This document shows, in pieces, positions 27,369 through 44,176 of a DNA stretch of 64,000 nt (position 1 is its first letter; the number at the start of each line of letters is the position of its first letter). The stretch lies in assembly GCF_009914755.1 (NCBI RefSeq), contig NC_060929.1; one strand, 5' to 3'. Source of the DNA: the human T2T-CHM13v2.0 reference genome, Homo sapiens. The position numbers were made by a program, and so were the translations under genes. Below the pieces are notes generated by a model. That model saw nothing but the letters and a program-made list of their open reading frames with translations. It did not search any database and was not told the DNA's origin.

Positions 27369-29945
27369 TGCGGTATTCATAATTCTAAGATGGACCCCAA
27401 GATTCTTAGCTTCTGCTAATATACATACCTTCTCCCAATGGTTCAAACAATATCTAGGCACTGCTATAAAGGGATTTTAGAGATTTAACTAGGCCTAAAT
27501 CAGTTTACATTAACATAGGGATATTATCTGGGCAAGCTGACTAATCCCAACAGATCTTTACATCTGGGTTAAGAAGTCAGAAAAAGATGAAATCAGAAAT
27601 TGGAAGCATGAAGACTCAATGCAGTGTTGCTGGTTTGAAGACAAAGAAGATTATTTGGCAAGAAATGGAAGTGGTCTCTAGTAGCTGAGAGTGGTCCACT
27701 GTTGGTAGCCAGCAAGAAATGGGAAATTCATTCATACAGTCACACAAAAATAAATAAATTATGTCTACAACTGGTTAACTTGGAAGAAAACCCTGATCCT
27801 CAGATGGGAATAATAGCTCCAGCTGAAATCATGATTTAAGCCTGACAAGACCCTGAGCAGAGGGCCCACCTACTTTACCTGGGCTCCTGACCCTCAAAAA
27901 GAATGAGGTAGTAAGTTTTTGATGTTTTAGGCCACATGGCTTATAGTCATTTGTTAGGTAGTAATATAAAACAAATACAGATTTTGGTATGAAAAGTGGT
28001 GTGCTGCTATAATAAATAATTAAAATATGTGGAGTACATACTTGGAACTGGATAGTGGGGAGAGAATGGAAGAATTCTGAGGCATATGGTAGAGGAAGCC
28101 TATATTCCCTTGAACAGTTAGAAGAAATGTGAACATGAAAGACACTAACGGTGAAGGCTTAGAAGGAAATGAAGAGCATGATAGAGAAATCCCAACTGGC
28201 TTTGGACAGATTGCAGGTGGAAATCTTGAACTTAAGGATTCTGATGGTGATGCTCACAAGGAAGTTATGAGTATGTTACTGGAAAGTGAAGGAAGGGAGA
28301 TCCTTGTTAGGTAGTGGCAGAATGTAGAGCAAAACTATATTCTGCAGCTATCTGGAAAGCAGAACTTTTAAGTAATAAATGCAGCTGTATAGATAAGGAA
28401 ATTTCAAGCAAGGTGCAAAAGGTTTTTCTCATTTCTTCTTGTCACTTATGGTAAAATTTGAGAGGAGAGACAAAAATTACGGAAAAAACACATTAAACAA
28501 AATCAATTGTTAAGCAAGTGTCCCCTGCAGGAAAAGATACAGTAGAGGGGTTAGCCGGATGCTGTGTGATACACATACATAGGCAGAACACTGGAGCACA
28601 TGCTGAATCTGAAAGAGGGAAAGATATTCCCACACAAGGTCATAAGTCCAGTACAGGATGTGAGGACTCTATCTCTTGGTTGAGTTGCAAGCTCAACTCC
28701 TATTCTTATACGGCCGAAAGAGGGTCCAAAGACTGAAACACATCAGACTGCCTTCCCAAATTAAACAAGGATCTGATGATTGGGGAAGTGTGTAGCCTAT
28801 CCATATGGTGGAAGATTCTAAAATTAAGATATTGCTTCCAAAATATGGCATAGAGTAAAAGACAAGGCTGTGGCCATATAATTGTTTGCTAAAACCTTAG
28901 AAAGAAAAAAAAGTCAGTCACAGGAAAGGATATTTTAAAAGATTAAGAGTATGCCTTACAGATCCTCTCAAACAGACTAGATCACCTGTAGGAAGCTTAA
29001 GAGAGTTGGCTCCTGACCATTGCAGCAGGAGCACAAAAAAAAAAAAAAAAGGGTGGGGGGTAATCTCCAAAAGATGATTTGTAGCTGTGGCTTTTGTTTA
29101 ATAGCGGGAAATCAGGAAATCCAGCACAATTCCCAGAAGATTGATATATTTCTTGAGAAAATTATATCAACAAAAATACATCCAGGTTGGATTGAAAAGG
29201 ACAGAGAAAGTAGGAAATGAAAAGAAGCTACCATATATCTGAAATTCCACTGTGTAGAAGCAGGCTGATGAAACTGCTTAATTGCAAATGCTTGCTGTCT
29301 TTAATGACTACAGAAGGATGACTCAGAATGTGAAATCAAGAGCCCCGATTATGACGCTGAGAGCCATAAAGGATTGGTCCCAGGCCTTGAAGCCGGATCA
29401 AGGAACTCTGGCCTAACTGGATTTCAAAATTGCTTTGGCCCAGCGACTCCTTTTACTTTGCACTTTTATCTTTTTTGAAATAGAATGTCTATAACTTTAA
29501 CGTATGCCAATTCCACTGTTGTTGCAAGGAAACATAATTTAGGCGCATGATTTTATCTTCAGTTTCATAGGTCCACAGATACAAAGAAAATCTGACCCAG
29601 GATGGATTATAACCTGGGGTCTGATCAGTCCTAATTTCGAGCATTTAAATGTTAAATGGTGAAATTTAGATTTAATAAATGATGAAATGTTAGATTTGAG
29701 CTGCCACTATAATGGAATGAGATTCTTGGAAAGCTTAGGAAAGGATGAGTCTATTTTGCATTTGGGAGATACATGAATCTTTTTTGGGAACAGAGGACAG
29801 ACTGTGTTAGGCAGAATTTTAAGTGACCTCAGAGATTTCTGGACTCTGGTGTACACATGCCTTCTCCCATTATTCAATCAAATATTCATCTAGCTACTGC
29901 TGTGAAGGGATTTTTCATACATAATCAAGAACCTAAATAGTTTAG
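27369..29945 (+). mobile_element. MLT1 (MLT1E-like) provirus: 5' LTR 27369-27979, internal region, truncated 3' LTR 29803-29945
   Basis: LTR ends AAACAAATACA followed by the MaLR internal start GATTTTGGTA; a purine tract GGGAACAGAGGACAGAC precedes a second copy of the LTR start (CCTTCTCCCA...CTAG..ACTGCT(A/G)T(A/G)AAGGGATTTT present in both). Confidence 0.8.
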
Positions 29946-32900
29946 TTTTCTTCTAAACTACATGGCAAAGACAAAAGAGTATTTTTAAGTAGATTATTTG
30001 TTGAATTAAAGTTGTTTTGAATAACAAAGTTAAATAATTGATATAAAGTGACCACTGTTCTCCTAAATTAAATATTATTTGCTTTCTTTTATGTAGTCCT
30101 AGAATTATCATGTAAATTACTACACTTCAAAAGAATCCCTCAATTTGTCAAATGATAAGATAATCATTACCTCTGATTATTCTTTTGTCTGAAGAGTCTG
30201 ATGTGCCTCCCATTCACTTCTAGGTCACCAGTATTAATCTCAGATGCCTTGTTTTTTCTATTTTTTTCTTTTCTCTGTTCCTTTTTGTTTTACGTAGTTG
30301 TCCCTGGAATTTACTTTGAGCCCAGTTATTTTAACTTAATCTATAGTTTTTGAAAATAATGTTACATTTCCATAGATTCTATTTTAAACACTTTTACGGT
30401 ATATCTTTATTTATATAAACAATGTAGACATTTTATTTTAGACTATCTTTGGTGTGTCAGAACTTTTGGGCATTCATTAGAATAGATATGTACTCAGTTT
30501 CTCTGGGTATTTGTGGTAGTCAGTGCTAATAAAAGGGCTCTTACGTAATAAAAATTTCACTTTTCTGGGTATCACAGCGATACAGTCCAGGCCCATATCA
30601 TATATAAACCTAGTGCCAGCAAAAGAATAAGAGCTAATTGTTCTGAATGGAACCATAAAGTCTGTCACCACATGAATTGGTGACCGGATTTGTTCTGCTG
30701 AAAGATCCATCAGTGAATTGGACTATCAATTTAAATTTGACTGAATTCAAACCAGATGACCTTTATAAAAGCCTCATGGGCACTATTGGGGAGGAAAATG
30801 AAAGAGTAGTATAGAACTTCAACTGCCACATTATATATAATAATGATTTTAACTACTTTATTCTAAATACCAAATTCCAGATTGTTGTAGACTCCTTTGA
30901 ATATATGGCTGAGAACTTCACTTTAGAAAAGATATAAAGTCCTCAATATTACAAGGTGAAACTAATTTTCCAAACAGAACTCACCTAAAAAGGGTTACTA
31001 TTTCAAGCTGAACACTGCTTCTTCCTTTGCTTTGACTTTTCTCTGTGAAGTTGAAGTTATTTAAACTTCACTATATGTTGGTAATGCTAAGATTGATTCC
31101 ATTTCATTTAGTGATCCTTATTTTGGAATAACGTTGATTTTTTTCTGCAACATGAATGGGGTATTTGCAATTTCTGAGATAAGGAATAGTTCAAATGAGA
31201 GCAGGAGTGAGAAAGGTCTAAGATAATTTAATTAACAAATATTTATTCCTAACCAAGTTCACCAGCTGAAATAGAACTAATAGCTATTGATATTCTAAAC
31301 TTATTCATAATCTTACCAAATGGACATTATCGAAATTGTATGGGTTTTACCTCCACAATATTCTTTGCTTTGGACACATCATTACTTTATTAATTGTCCT
31401 TTTGCTGTATATAATGTATGCATGGGTACACATATATGCACATGCATTCTATTTGTCATGCAGACTCTCTAAAGCAACCCAAGAAATGTCAGCAGACCTC
31501 CTGGAGGCAGGAAGTGAGACTCATTTCAATTTCAAACTACATTAATTCTGAATGAAATCAAAGCTATTCTCACATTTATTATGGCAACCTGGTACAAGTG
31601 AAAAATTGCAGAATTTTAATAAAGCCATTTCCATTGGTTTCCTTACATTCCTGCAAACTCATAAATCAATTTCTGTCAGCCTTTACAAATTTATCAGTTC
31701 TTATGAGTAAACGTGACAGCCAAATACTATTTAAATCTATAAAGCTATATCTCTGTTAGTGAGCTAAATAAAGTGTTGGCCTCAAAGATGCCCTCTTTGT
31801 TATTTAGAGTTTATTTATTTCTAGCTCATTTAAACTATCTGAAGCAACAGGAAATATTTTACCCAGAGCAACAAAAACAACAAAGATTAAGTCAAAAGTC
31901 TATGTTTCTTTAACGGTCGAGTACAAAATAAAATTAAATTGAAAATCAAGTTAAAGTAAGAAAAGCAAAATGCTTTATTCAATTTTTTAAAAGAAGGGAA
32001 AAAAAACCTATGCATGTGAATTATACTGTAAAAAAATACCTCTTAGTATCTTTGAAATTTACTCTTTAGATCCTTAACACCTTTGCATACACATGGTAAA
32101 CATTAATTTCTGGGTAATAAAAATGTGATTTAATGCCACATTCACAGCTTTATGCATATTCCAAATGTCTCAGCAGACTAATTAGAAGTATCACATTTTA
32201 TGGAATGAGCATTCCTCCTTATTTTCTTGGTCTCTAACTACTGTGTAAAATTTAAATAAATGAGGTATGTCTACAGCAGAGAGAAAGGTGGAGAAAATGC
32301 TAAGTAGAACTGTAGTTAGGCTAATAAGGTGAATGTTTTGGGTCTATAATTTTTGCACCAACAAAATTTCTTTAGAAGGGTCACAGTCAGAAAGTGAAGA
32401 TAATCAGACAAGTAAGATTTCTGAACATTACAGAATTTATGACATTATCCAAAGCAGTAACTCCTCAGGCCAGTTGAGTAGATGTTAAGAAACAGTCAAT
32501 AGTCCTAATTTGTGTCTATTATTTCTTACTGCCAGTCAGGTGGCTTTGTAATTGAAATGCTCAGTAATAGTTTTCTACCTAAATTCTAATGATGCCCTTT
32601 ATAATTCTCTTTTTAATGCAGTTCCTGAACTTTAGAAAGGTTGTTCACTGCCAAATGTCAGTTCATTGTGAAGTGCTGTATTGGAAAACCTCTTGGTTTT
32701 TAAAAAAGATGAAGTATTGTTCATTATGCCTGTTGAAAATTGCATTGTCCAATCATATGCTAAATTGTTGATCAGTTGTCTCCTATCAAATAACAGGTAG
32801 AAAAAGATTAATAACTTATTTTCTAATTTAACAAATATGCCATATGTAGAATATTTGAAAATAATATTTTAAAAGAAAATGCACAATTTATTAAATTACA

Positions 32901-34714
32901 AAAGCTTATCATAAAAACTTTATGGTCACTTAATTTGTGAACTCTAGTAAAGAATTATTATCATAGAATCACCATTAAAATGATCAGGTAAAATTTATCA
33001 TCATCACTTTCCATCCAATTCATACCTTCTGGAAATAATTTTCTCCTTTTCTATTTTGGAATCAAAGATCTTTTTGCTCATCCTGCTTTTTTGATTGATT
33101 GTTAAAACATGTGAACCCAGAGTTTCTGAGATATACAAGTTAATAATTAAATTTAGTTTTTAATAAAAAGAACAAAAAAAACCACAGAATTTTTCAGAGT
33201 AAAAAAATTATTTTTATTCAATTTGTTATTTAAAAATTGGATGGCAATTGGACAACTTCAAAACTATGTCCCACAATGAGCAAATATAGTTTAAATATAG
33301 TTTAAATTTAGTGGGAGAGACTGAAAAATGCGTGTATTTTTGACATCTGGATATTGATTAAGATTAAGATCCCTAAAACTAGAAGATCAAAACGAAAAGC
33401 CAACTAAAATTTTATTTATCCTATTATGGAGGAAGTTTAATATAATTTATTCTGTTTATACCTATTTAACTGATATGTTAATTTACAAACATATTGAACA
33501 AAGGTACATGTGTCTCTTGGGATTTGCAGCTTCGGGAGATTAAGAATTTTAGATTTGCTTTTCTTACGGAGCTCTGTCAGAAGTCGTTTATGGGTAAATT
33601 ATTCTGATTAGGACTAGACGGTTTCTCAGGAATGCCATAAAATAAATCTAAATGTCTCAGCTGTGTTTCTGGTCCAGCAACACCCTCATTAAAGAAACAC
33701 CACACAATTGCTATGTTGGCAGCCTTGATTTTAAACACCACTCTAGGTTGCACGTAAAAGAGAATAAATTACCTTCTTATTCTTCTAAAAGTCCATAGTG
33801 CTTGTAATTTAGTATTGAGAGGCACTCTGAGAACAATGTCCAGAAGCATAAACTACTTCTCCCATAAGGGTATGATACCTGTGAAACAGATGTCATTAAC
33901 CACAACTCTCAATTTTTCATGTTTTACAGGCAAAGCCAAATATTTTAGGAATTATGTAACCACTCTTAATAAGTGATAAGTAAAAATACTCCCAAGTTAA
34001 ATTTCATTTCCAGTTTCAGAGGACTTCATTATCCTTAGAAAAATCAATAATCAGAATATGAGAGAAAAAGAAAACTGAATTTGAAAGCTCAAGACACTAA
34101 AAAATTAAGATTTCAGTGGGGCTTCAGTCATGTCATATATCAATTACAATATTTTTCTGTGGTGCTGATTCCAAAATACAGACTCTCTAGCCTATGTATT
34201 TAACTGAGACGATCCCTTAGGGTTTGAAAATATGAGAAACTGGCTCTGTCAGAATGCAGACTGCTTAGAGGTAAATGTTCAGTATCAAATCTGCTCTTAT
34301 TTTTAAAATGTGGCTTTTGGAATAGTTGTTTACCGCTTATTATGATGTTGCCAAGTGTCATTTGTGCTGAACTGCTTTAAAAATATGAAGAATTATATGT
34401 CTCAGAGCTAAGAAAAAATACTGGATGTGAATAAAATACTTTGCCCTAAAATCCCATTACGAAAAATGGACAAATTTTGATTACCTATGCACATGCCATG
34501 GATTCACATGATAAAGGACAGAAAACAAACATAGTTTCTTTGCATCATCATAAGATAATCCACAAGTTACGTGGATTTGTATAAAATTTTATTTTAGTAA
34601 ATTGACCTCATTGACTTTGTTCTCGTTATCATGATGACAGAATCATTGAACTGATTGAAATATTTGACAATACATGCTTTTAGCATTTTGATTCTTTGTT
34701 CAGATGAGGAAGAA

Positions 34715-34815
34715 AATGTTCAATTCAGTTTAATGTACATTTAATGAGCACTTACTCTGTTGCAGTCACTATATCAGACACTGAGATGCATAATGAATAA
34801 ACTAGAGACTTTATG
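34715..34815 (-). mobile_element. L2 3' end fragment
   Basis: ATTCA...ACATTTAATGAGCACTTACTCTGT...AGACACTGAGATGCATAATGAATAA. Confidence 0.55.
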
Positions 34816-35144
34816 TATTCATCTAGTTATTGCATGTTCAACTCTTATGGACTTTCCAACTAAGAACAATAACAACAAAAATCAAAACAAATTAATCAAA
34901 ACAAAAATCTTCAAAAGTCATCCCAAACATAAAATAATTGAGTTTCAACACAAATATTTCCTTTTCTTTCTCCCACCCACTTTTCACTGTAATTCTCACT
35001 GTATAAATAAAATTACTTAAAAGTTTCCCAGTCGAGAAACAGAAGCAATGAAAATTAGGTAATTTATTCAGTGTTTCCAGAAGCCACTTAAAATTAGCAG
35101 GTGTGGGAGAAGAAATACAGATCTCTGGCTTTGTATTGAATAGA

Positions 35145-35340
35145 AGAATTGGATTAAAAGACTATGCCCTAAATCTGGCTCCAAAGCCTCCCATTTTTGT
35201 AATTTGGTACAGTTGTGTGACTTTGGAAAAGTCACTTAAATTTGTAGCACCTTAACCAATTCACCTGTAAAATGACGTATAATACCTTTCCTTTCTAACT
35301 TACAAGGTCAAAATGCTGATTAAATGAAATAGTATACATA
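35145..35340 (+). mobile_element. MIR
   Basis: GTTGTGTGACTTTGGAAAAGTCACTTAA...CACCTGTAAAATG...GATTAAATGAAATA. Confidence 0.7.
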
Positions 35341-35466
35341 CGGAAACACAATTCAATATTCTCAGTTTTGTAATTAATAGATATTTAATGCAAAATCGCT
35401 TGCAGAAATTAAAGGTTTCTCATATTAAGAAATGCCAAACATTCTGAATTGTCAAAAAATGGGCAC

Positions 35467-35760
35467 TGCCAGGTGCAGTGGCTCATGCCTGTAATATAAG
35501 TGGCTTTGAGACTCTGAGGCAGGAGGATCATTTGAGGCCAGGGGTTTGAGAGAAGCCTGGGAAACATAGTGAGAACCCCAGCTCTACAAAGTTTTTTTAA
35601 AAAATTAGCTGGGCATGATGGTGCACATCTGTAGTTTCAGCTACTCAGGAGGCTGAGGCAGGAGGATCACTTGAGCCCAGGAGTTTGAGGCTGCAGTGAG
35701 CTATAATTATGGCACTGCACTCCAGCCTCAGTGACAGAACAAGACCCTGTCTCAACAAAA
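35467..35760 (+). mobile_element. AluJ
   Basis: GGAGGATCACTTGAGCCCAGGAGTTTGAGGCTGCAGTGAGCTAT, J-type diagnostics. Confidence 0.9.
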
Positions 35761-36173
35761 GACGTGGGACACCAGATGAAGTTATTAAATTTAATAGATA
35801 CGGTAGTTAAAGTGATATTTTCACTTATCCATGTTCAAAAACCAATTTTCTGAGTTTGTTTTTGTTTGTTTCTTTTTATAACAAAGGCTTATACTCTTAG
35901 TTAAAGCCCCTTTTGGGATATGCTATATTAATGCTCTGAATAACACTCTGAAGATTTTTTATAAGTTTCAAGAGCTGATATTTTGAAAATGTCTATATTC
36001 TAGAACCTGGTGGACAAAGTAATACATCCAGCAATAGAAGTAAACCCTGCAAATGAAATGGTCTTTCAAAGATGCCAAAGCATTATTGGTGCCCTTATGG
36101 AGTTGACAGGAAGCCAAAGCTGAAGAGCATATTTTAATCACTTGATTTAATTCGATTACCACTGTAGCTATTA

Positions 36174-37901
<1,728 letters not shown>

Positions 37902-39049
37902 AAGAAAACGATTTATACTACCTAAGTAATAAATATATATATGAGAGTTGCTTGGCAGATCAATGGAAGAACAACATTTACTAAAAACTGAATTCTTATG
38001 GTTTTAGAGGTAACAAACTTTGTAAGGTCTGAGCCAATACATACTTTCCATATTATATGAAATGATTATCCCTATAGACACTTTGATTTATTCTTAAAAT
38101 TGATGTAGCTAATTTGGAATTTGATTATCTTTATCTTTAGACAGGGAACAGTGTCCATTTATTCTGAAGTCGGGATGCAGCTTTTGGACACTTTTTGATA
38201 GTTTAGAACGAAGCAAAGGGAGTTGCTGCGTCTGCCTATCTGTGTCCCCCAAAAGAATTTGCAAAGCAGCTGAAGACAAACTGTCATCAGTAAGGGAAAG
38301 AAATTTCACAGATTAAAAAAAAAAAAAAACTTATCAGGATTTGAGTCTAAGGGTCAACTGATGTTTGATTTATGAATCTTGTTTGGGAAATACTAAAGGA
38401 GTGAGTTCATGTGAAAACATCTACCCTGAACTTTTCTTTCAAGATATATCAATGGGATTTTTAGACAATGAATAAAAAGAAAAAGAAAGATCAGAAAAGG
38501 TCACATTTATTTTGGGTCTGGGAGATTGTGCTTTTATCAGAAAAGAGGAATTTTGACAAAAATTAACAGCAATAACAAAAAAAAATTCTGATTTGACAGC
38601 GAGGTTCCTGCACATGAGGTTGCAATGTCTGAGTGGGGGCGATTTGCTAACATGAAGAAATACTTTTCCAGACAATTGGTTAGAGGGTGCAGGTGGCAGG
38701 TGTGGTAAAGGTGTCAGCTGAATATTAATTGGCCACAGAATTGGATACCACTTGTTCTCTTTCAAACATAAGCTTGAAGATGTTTCTCTTTCAAACATGA
38801 GACCAGAAGGTGACACTTAAAACCCCTACATTCAAAACAGCTCAGTAGTTTTTAAAATTCTTCAAAATGGCCAATGTTGTTTCCTCTACTTAAATGCCCA
38901 GAACTTCTAGCTAGATTTATTTACCTATTTACTACTTAAAACAATTAAACTATTAGTGCTAAAGAACAACTACAGCAATAATATTGAATAAAATGCCTTC
39001 TTTTTATTTTTGGATTTTTATATATTTGGTTTATTTTATAGCCTGCAAC

Positions 39050-39300
39050 ACAATCTAGTAAGATGGAAAGAGCAATAATTTTGGAGTCATAAAACCAGAC
39101 TTGGAAACTTTGCTCTAGCACTAAAAAGATACTGGATTTTTTGAAGATTACAGAATCAAAGTGCTAGCTTCTTCATCTATAAGATGGCAACAATAAAGTT
39201 AAGTGCTTTTTTAGAAGAACATGAATTAAATAAAACAATTTCTGAATTTTCTGGACCATTGCCCACCAAACAAAAATTGTCCAATGAGTGTTCAATTCTC
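39050..39300 (+). mobile_element. MIR
   Basis: TGGAAAGAGCA...TTTGGAGTCA...AGACTTGG...TTCTTCATCTATAAGATGG. Confidence 0.6.
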
Positions 39301-40139
39301 TTCTTCCATAGGAAATGAGACACATCTGATATTAGCTACCTATTACACTTATTGGACATTTCTTTTTACTGTTACATGGGTATAAGATAAATCTATTCCA
39401 TCTCTTTTTCTTTCAGTTCTATTCGGCCAATTGAAAGTGTTCTCTCAAAATTTAATATAATTCCAAGGATAACAGTTTTGTATTCTACTTCTCCTTCTTT
39501 GACTATATGCTTACTTTTAGATAGAAACAGAAGAAATTTTTTATCGTGATATGTATTGTAAATCCATACAGTATTGTTTTGACACAATTTTCTAATGCTG
39601 CTTAAAAAGTTAACAGCTGCAGACAAGAGAATTCCATCTCACAGTTGAATTTTACAGCATCACAAGACAGCATATGTGCTCATCTACAGTATGGCAAACT
39701 TGTCCACAGTTCCTCAAAGAGCAGATAAGTTTTTCATGGTAGAAGAAAAACATGTCGTCTTGGGAATAAAACAATTATAATCTCTCTGTTTGATTTTTGT
39801 TCTGTTTTCTAGAGAGCTTTAAGTGTTATTTTATTTTCTGATTAACCCAAGGAGAGCAATTGAAGATTTTGTCTCCATTTTTCAAGACCGGTGATTTGAT
39901 ATTGTAAAAGGACCCAACTTTGTTAAAATCCAAATATAATAGTGAGCTTTAGTAAGCAATAAATAAGAATCAAATATTGATGATGAGGATGCAGTGCCGC
40001 TAATAACAAAGCTATAGGCTACAGAGAAAAACAAAACCTTAAATTCTAGCTATAGTTTCATTCAGCAAATCATCTTGGGAAAGTGATTGAACCACTTTAT
40101 GTCTTAGGTTCCTCAACCATAAAACAGAAACAGTAGAGA

Positions 40140-40996
<857 letters not shown>

Positions 40997-41327
40997 TCAG
41001 CTTGAGAATTAAATGAGATAAACTTGAAAGCATAGTATAGTCACTGGCACATTATAAGCTCCCAATATGTTTTGCTTTTATTATGACAATATAATGATAA
41101 CTATACATACTCCCATATAAACATATTCGAAATGGGATGAACATTAATCTACTCAATTATTTAGTTGGTATTAAACACTAATTGTGCCATCTGCATTTTT
41201 GATAGACACTTACTTCCTCTTCAGTCTATAAGATACTGGCACACTGGAGTTTGGTTGGAGTAGAGAACTGTGAATTTTCTGTTAATCAGCTTATTTCAAA
41301 ATGTAAGATAATACAAAGTAACACTGT

Positions 41328-41648
41328 CTCATGCCTGTAATCTCAGCAATTTGGGAGGCTGCGGTGGGTGAATCACTTGAGGTCAGGAGTTCAAGGCCAG
41401 CCTGACCAACATGGTGAAACACCATCTCTACTAAAAATACCAAAAAAAAAAAAAAAAAAAAAAAATAGCCGGGTGTGGTGGCACACGCCTGTAGTCTCAG
41501 CTACTAGGGAGGCTGAGGCAGGAGAATTGCTTGAACCTGGGAGGAGGAGGTTGCACTGAGCCAAGACTGTGTCACTGGACTCCAGCCTGGGCAACAGAGC
41601 GAGATTCCCTCTTAAAAAAAGAAAACATACAAACAAACAAAAAAACAA
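41328..41648 (+). mobile_element. AluS, slightly 5'-truncated, with an expanded central A-tract
   Basis: Starts CTCATGCCTGTAA; about 24 A in the linker; (CAAA)n tail. Confidence 0.9.
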
Positions 41649-43883
41649 ACTAATACCTATAAAGCATTCTTGTCAAACAAATCAATTAAAAAAAACCAAA
41701 CTTGAATCTGATGAAGCCTCTAGAATTCCATAATATTGTAGAGTTTTCATGGGGATATCTAATTTAAAAATACACAGCATCATACCAAGCTTATTTATCT
41801 GTGAGTAATAAAATTTGGGCTATTTGGACTTTCTAAAGTCTATGGGACATGTAATAACAGCTTAAATGTAGCAATAGAAGGGGTACAAGGGATAGAAAGA
41901 TGAGCAGACTTCAAAGAGATTTTAAGGAGGAGCATTGCTTAGAGACAGGGATTAGTTGGGATGCTGTTAGAGAAAGGCTGAGGTTTTCCCAGGTCCAAAG
42001 AGAGGGTTATTGCCAAGTTTGATAGTTCTATAGAAGGAAAAGTAGACAGAAGGCAAGGAGAGATGGTTTATTAAAAGGACAGTTTGTGACATGTTAAAGT
42101 TAAAGCATAGGCTATCTAGGGGGAATGTGAAAGGGCTGAAATTTAGGGAAGGGTGTAGGCTAAACATACAGCTGGTACAAATCAAACAACAAATTAACTG
42201 ACCAATAAAACATTTTCTTAAAAAAAAAAAAAAACATGTTGGCTCCTTTTTGGATCCCACATAGAGAAAGTTTCCTCTGCAAAAAGCTGAACTGTTTGTA
42301 GGCAGTATTTTTTATTATAAATACTCTTTCCTTTTTGAAAAACTTTATTTTCTTATCCTGTTGTTTTCTTGCCTTCTGTTGGGATTGTCTGTAGACTTTA
42401 CAGTAAAGGAAAATTAATGCTTATAAAATAGTTAAATTTGTGAGCATACTTTGAAAAATTATTTTAATTGTTTACCAAAAAGGAACAAAAATGTATTGTT
42501 TTACTAGACTGAAAATATTTTCTTTTTATTTATCCTTTCAAAACTTGCCTTTATTTGTCTTGCCCTCCTCATGTAGAGAAACAGCAGGAAGTAGATTTTT
42601 TTTTAATACAAGAATTCATTATCACCCTTGTATTACCTCCCTGTGGATTCTAGAAGAATGCAATCCTGACTATAATCCTTGGCTGCGGTGTTTGCCTATG
42701 CATGTTTTGAAAATGATTGCAGCTATTTCATATTATCAGACCTCTAAATTATCCTTTTCAAAAAGTTGCTCAATTTATTTTTCTCATCCTTTCTCCTTGT
42801 CTTGGCTACAGGAATTATAAGCTCATGGTTTTTCTGACCATCTTATATAATTTGAATATTCACTTTCTTCTTTTAAAAAAAATCTAATAAAAAACCAAAG
42901 CCCTATTATGGTCCTGAATATTAATGAATACGTAAATGCAATCAATTTAGAAATTGAATTTGCTGAGGTAGAGCAAACTAAAATCCACATGGAAAAGGAA
43001 AATCAGCTTTACACTGGAGAATTTTGTGGTAAAGAAAAAAACTAATAAAAGACGATTTTGAAAAGTCATTTGCTAATAAGAAAGACACTTGAAACAGCAT
43101 TGTAGTAAGCATCGATAAACTCTGGGATTAATGCCTCATGCATGTAAAGTAAACATTTTTTTCTGGGTACCATTTAGTTTATTGGAAAATAATTTGCTTC
43201 ACATATCTAGGATAGCTGATATACCTAAGTGGTAATACGAATTAAGCAAAGTAAAAGTCAATGTCAATGAGAGTAAGAATGAGTTACAGTGGATTTACTT
43301 GACAGTTTCTCTCATTATGAATCAAACAAACAAAAATTTTAAGTAAAAACAATGTTTTTATAGGTGTAAGATCTCCATTTGGTTAGTTTAAATGGCTGTT
43401 TTAATACCTGGACATTTTTCGATGCATGTTGAATTTCTCTTTCCAATAAAATCCTGGTGTCTGAAATATTCCCGATATAAGATCTTGACATAGGGAGATT
43501 TCATCTAAATGTGAATTAACACGTGTTGGTACTTAAACAATGCAATGTAAAGCTTAAGCGTTTAATTGTATTTGTTATACAGTACTTTATGTTCTATTTT
43601 GTCTCAGGATCTAAATGAGACTGGGACATTAAGGATACAAAATAAATAAAACAGAATAGAGCAATAGAAGTGGCACCTTTAAAGAACCTTGGGCTGTAGA
43701 ACCTGAGTAAGCATTACCTCTTCTCCAAACTAATAAATAAATGAAAGTAGTGTATTATTGAAGAGTATACACAATTTTTTTCTAGCCATTCTGAAAATGA
43801 AGAAATATTTTTCATATTGGGATATGTAGAGATTGGTGTGTAAGCTGTTTGATCACCAGCTATGTGTATATATATATATATAT

Positions 43884-44176
43884 TTATTTATTTTTTAGAC
43901 AGAGTTTTGCTCTTATTGCCGAGGCTGGAGTGCAATGGCGCGACCTCGGCTCACCGCAACCTCTGATCCTGGGTTCAAGCAATTCTCCTGCCTCAGCCTC
44001 CCGAGTAGCTGGGATTACAGGCATGCACCACCATGCCTGGCTAATTTTGTATTTTTAGTAGAGACGGGGTTTCTCCCTGTTGGTCAGGCTGGTCTCGAAC
44101 TCCCAATCTCAGGTGATCTGCCCTCCTCGGCCTCCCAAAGTGCTGGGATTACAGGTGTGAGCCACTGCGCCCGACC
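43884..44176 (-). mobile_element. AluSp with a (TA)n-derived tail
   Basis: CTCACCGCAACC and GTTTCTCCCTGTTGGTCAGG Sp-type diagnostics. Confidence 0.92.

Noticed and set aside
38109-38309. 66-aa minus-strand ORF after a poly-T tract as a coding exon
   Set aside because: No ATG start, no recognisable homology and no clear splice donor; a non-coding exon cannot be excluded without RNA data.
41800-42190. Purine-rich stretch resembling L2 (also 48400-49300)
   Set aside because: Too diverged to set boundaries or family by eye, so not listed as a feature.
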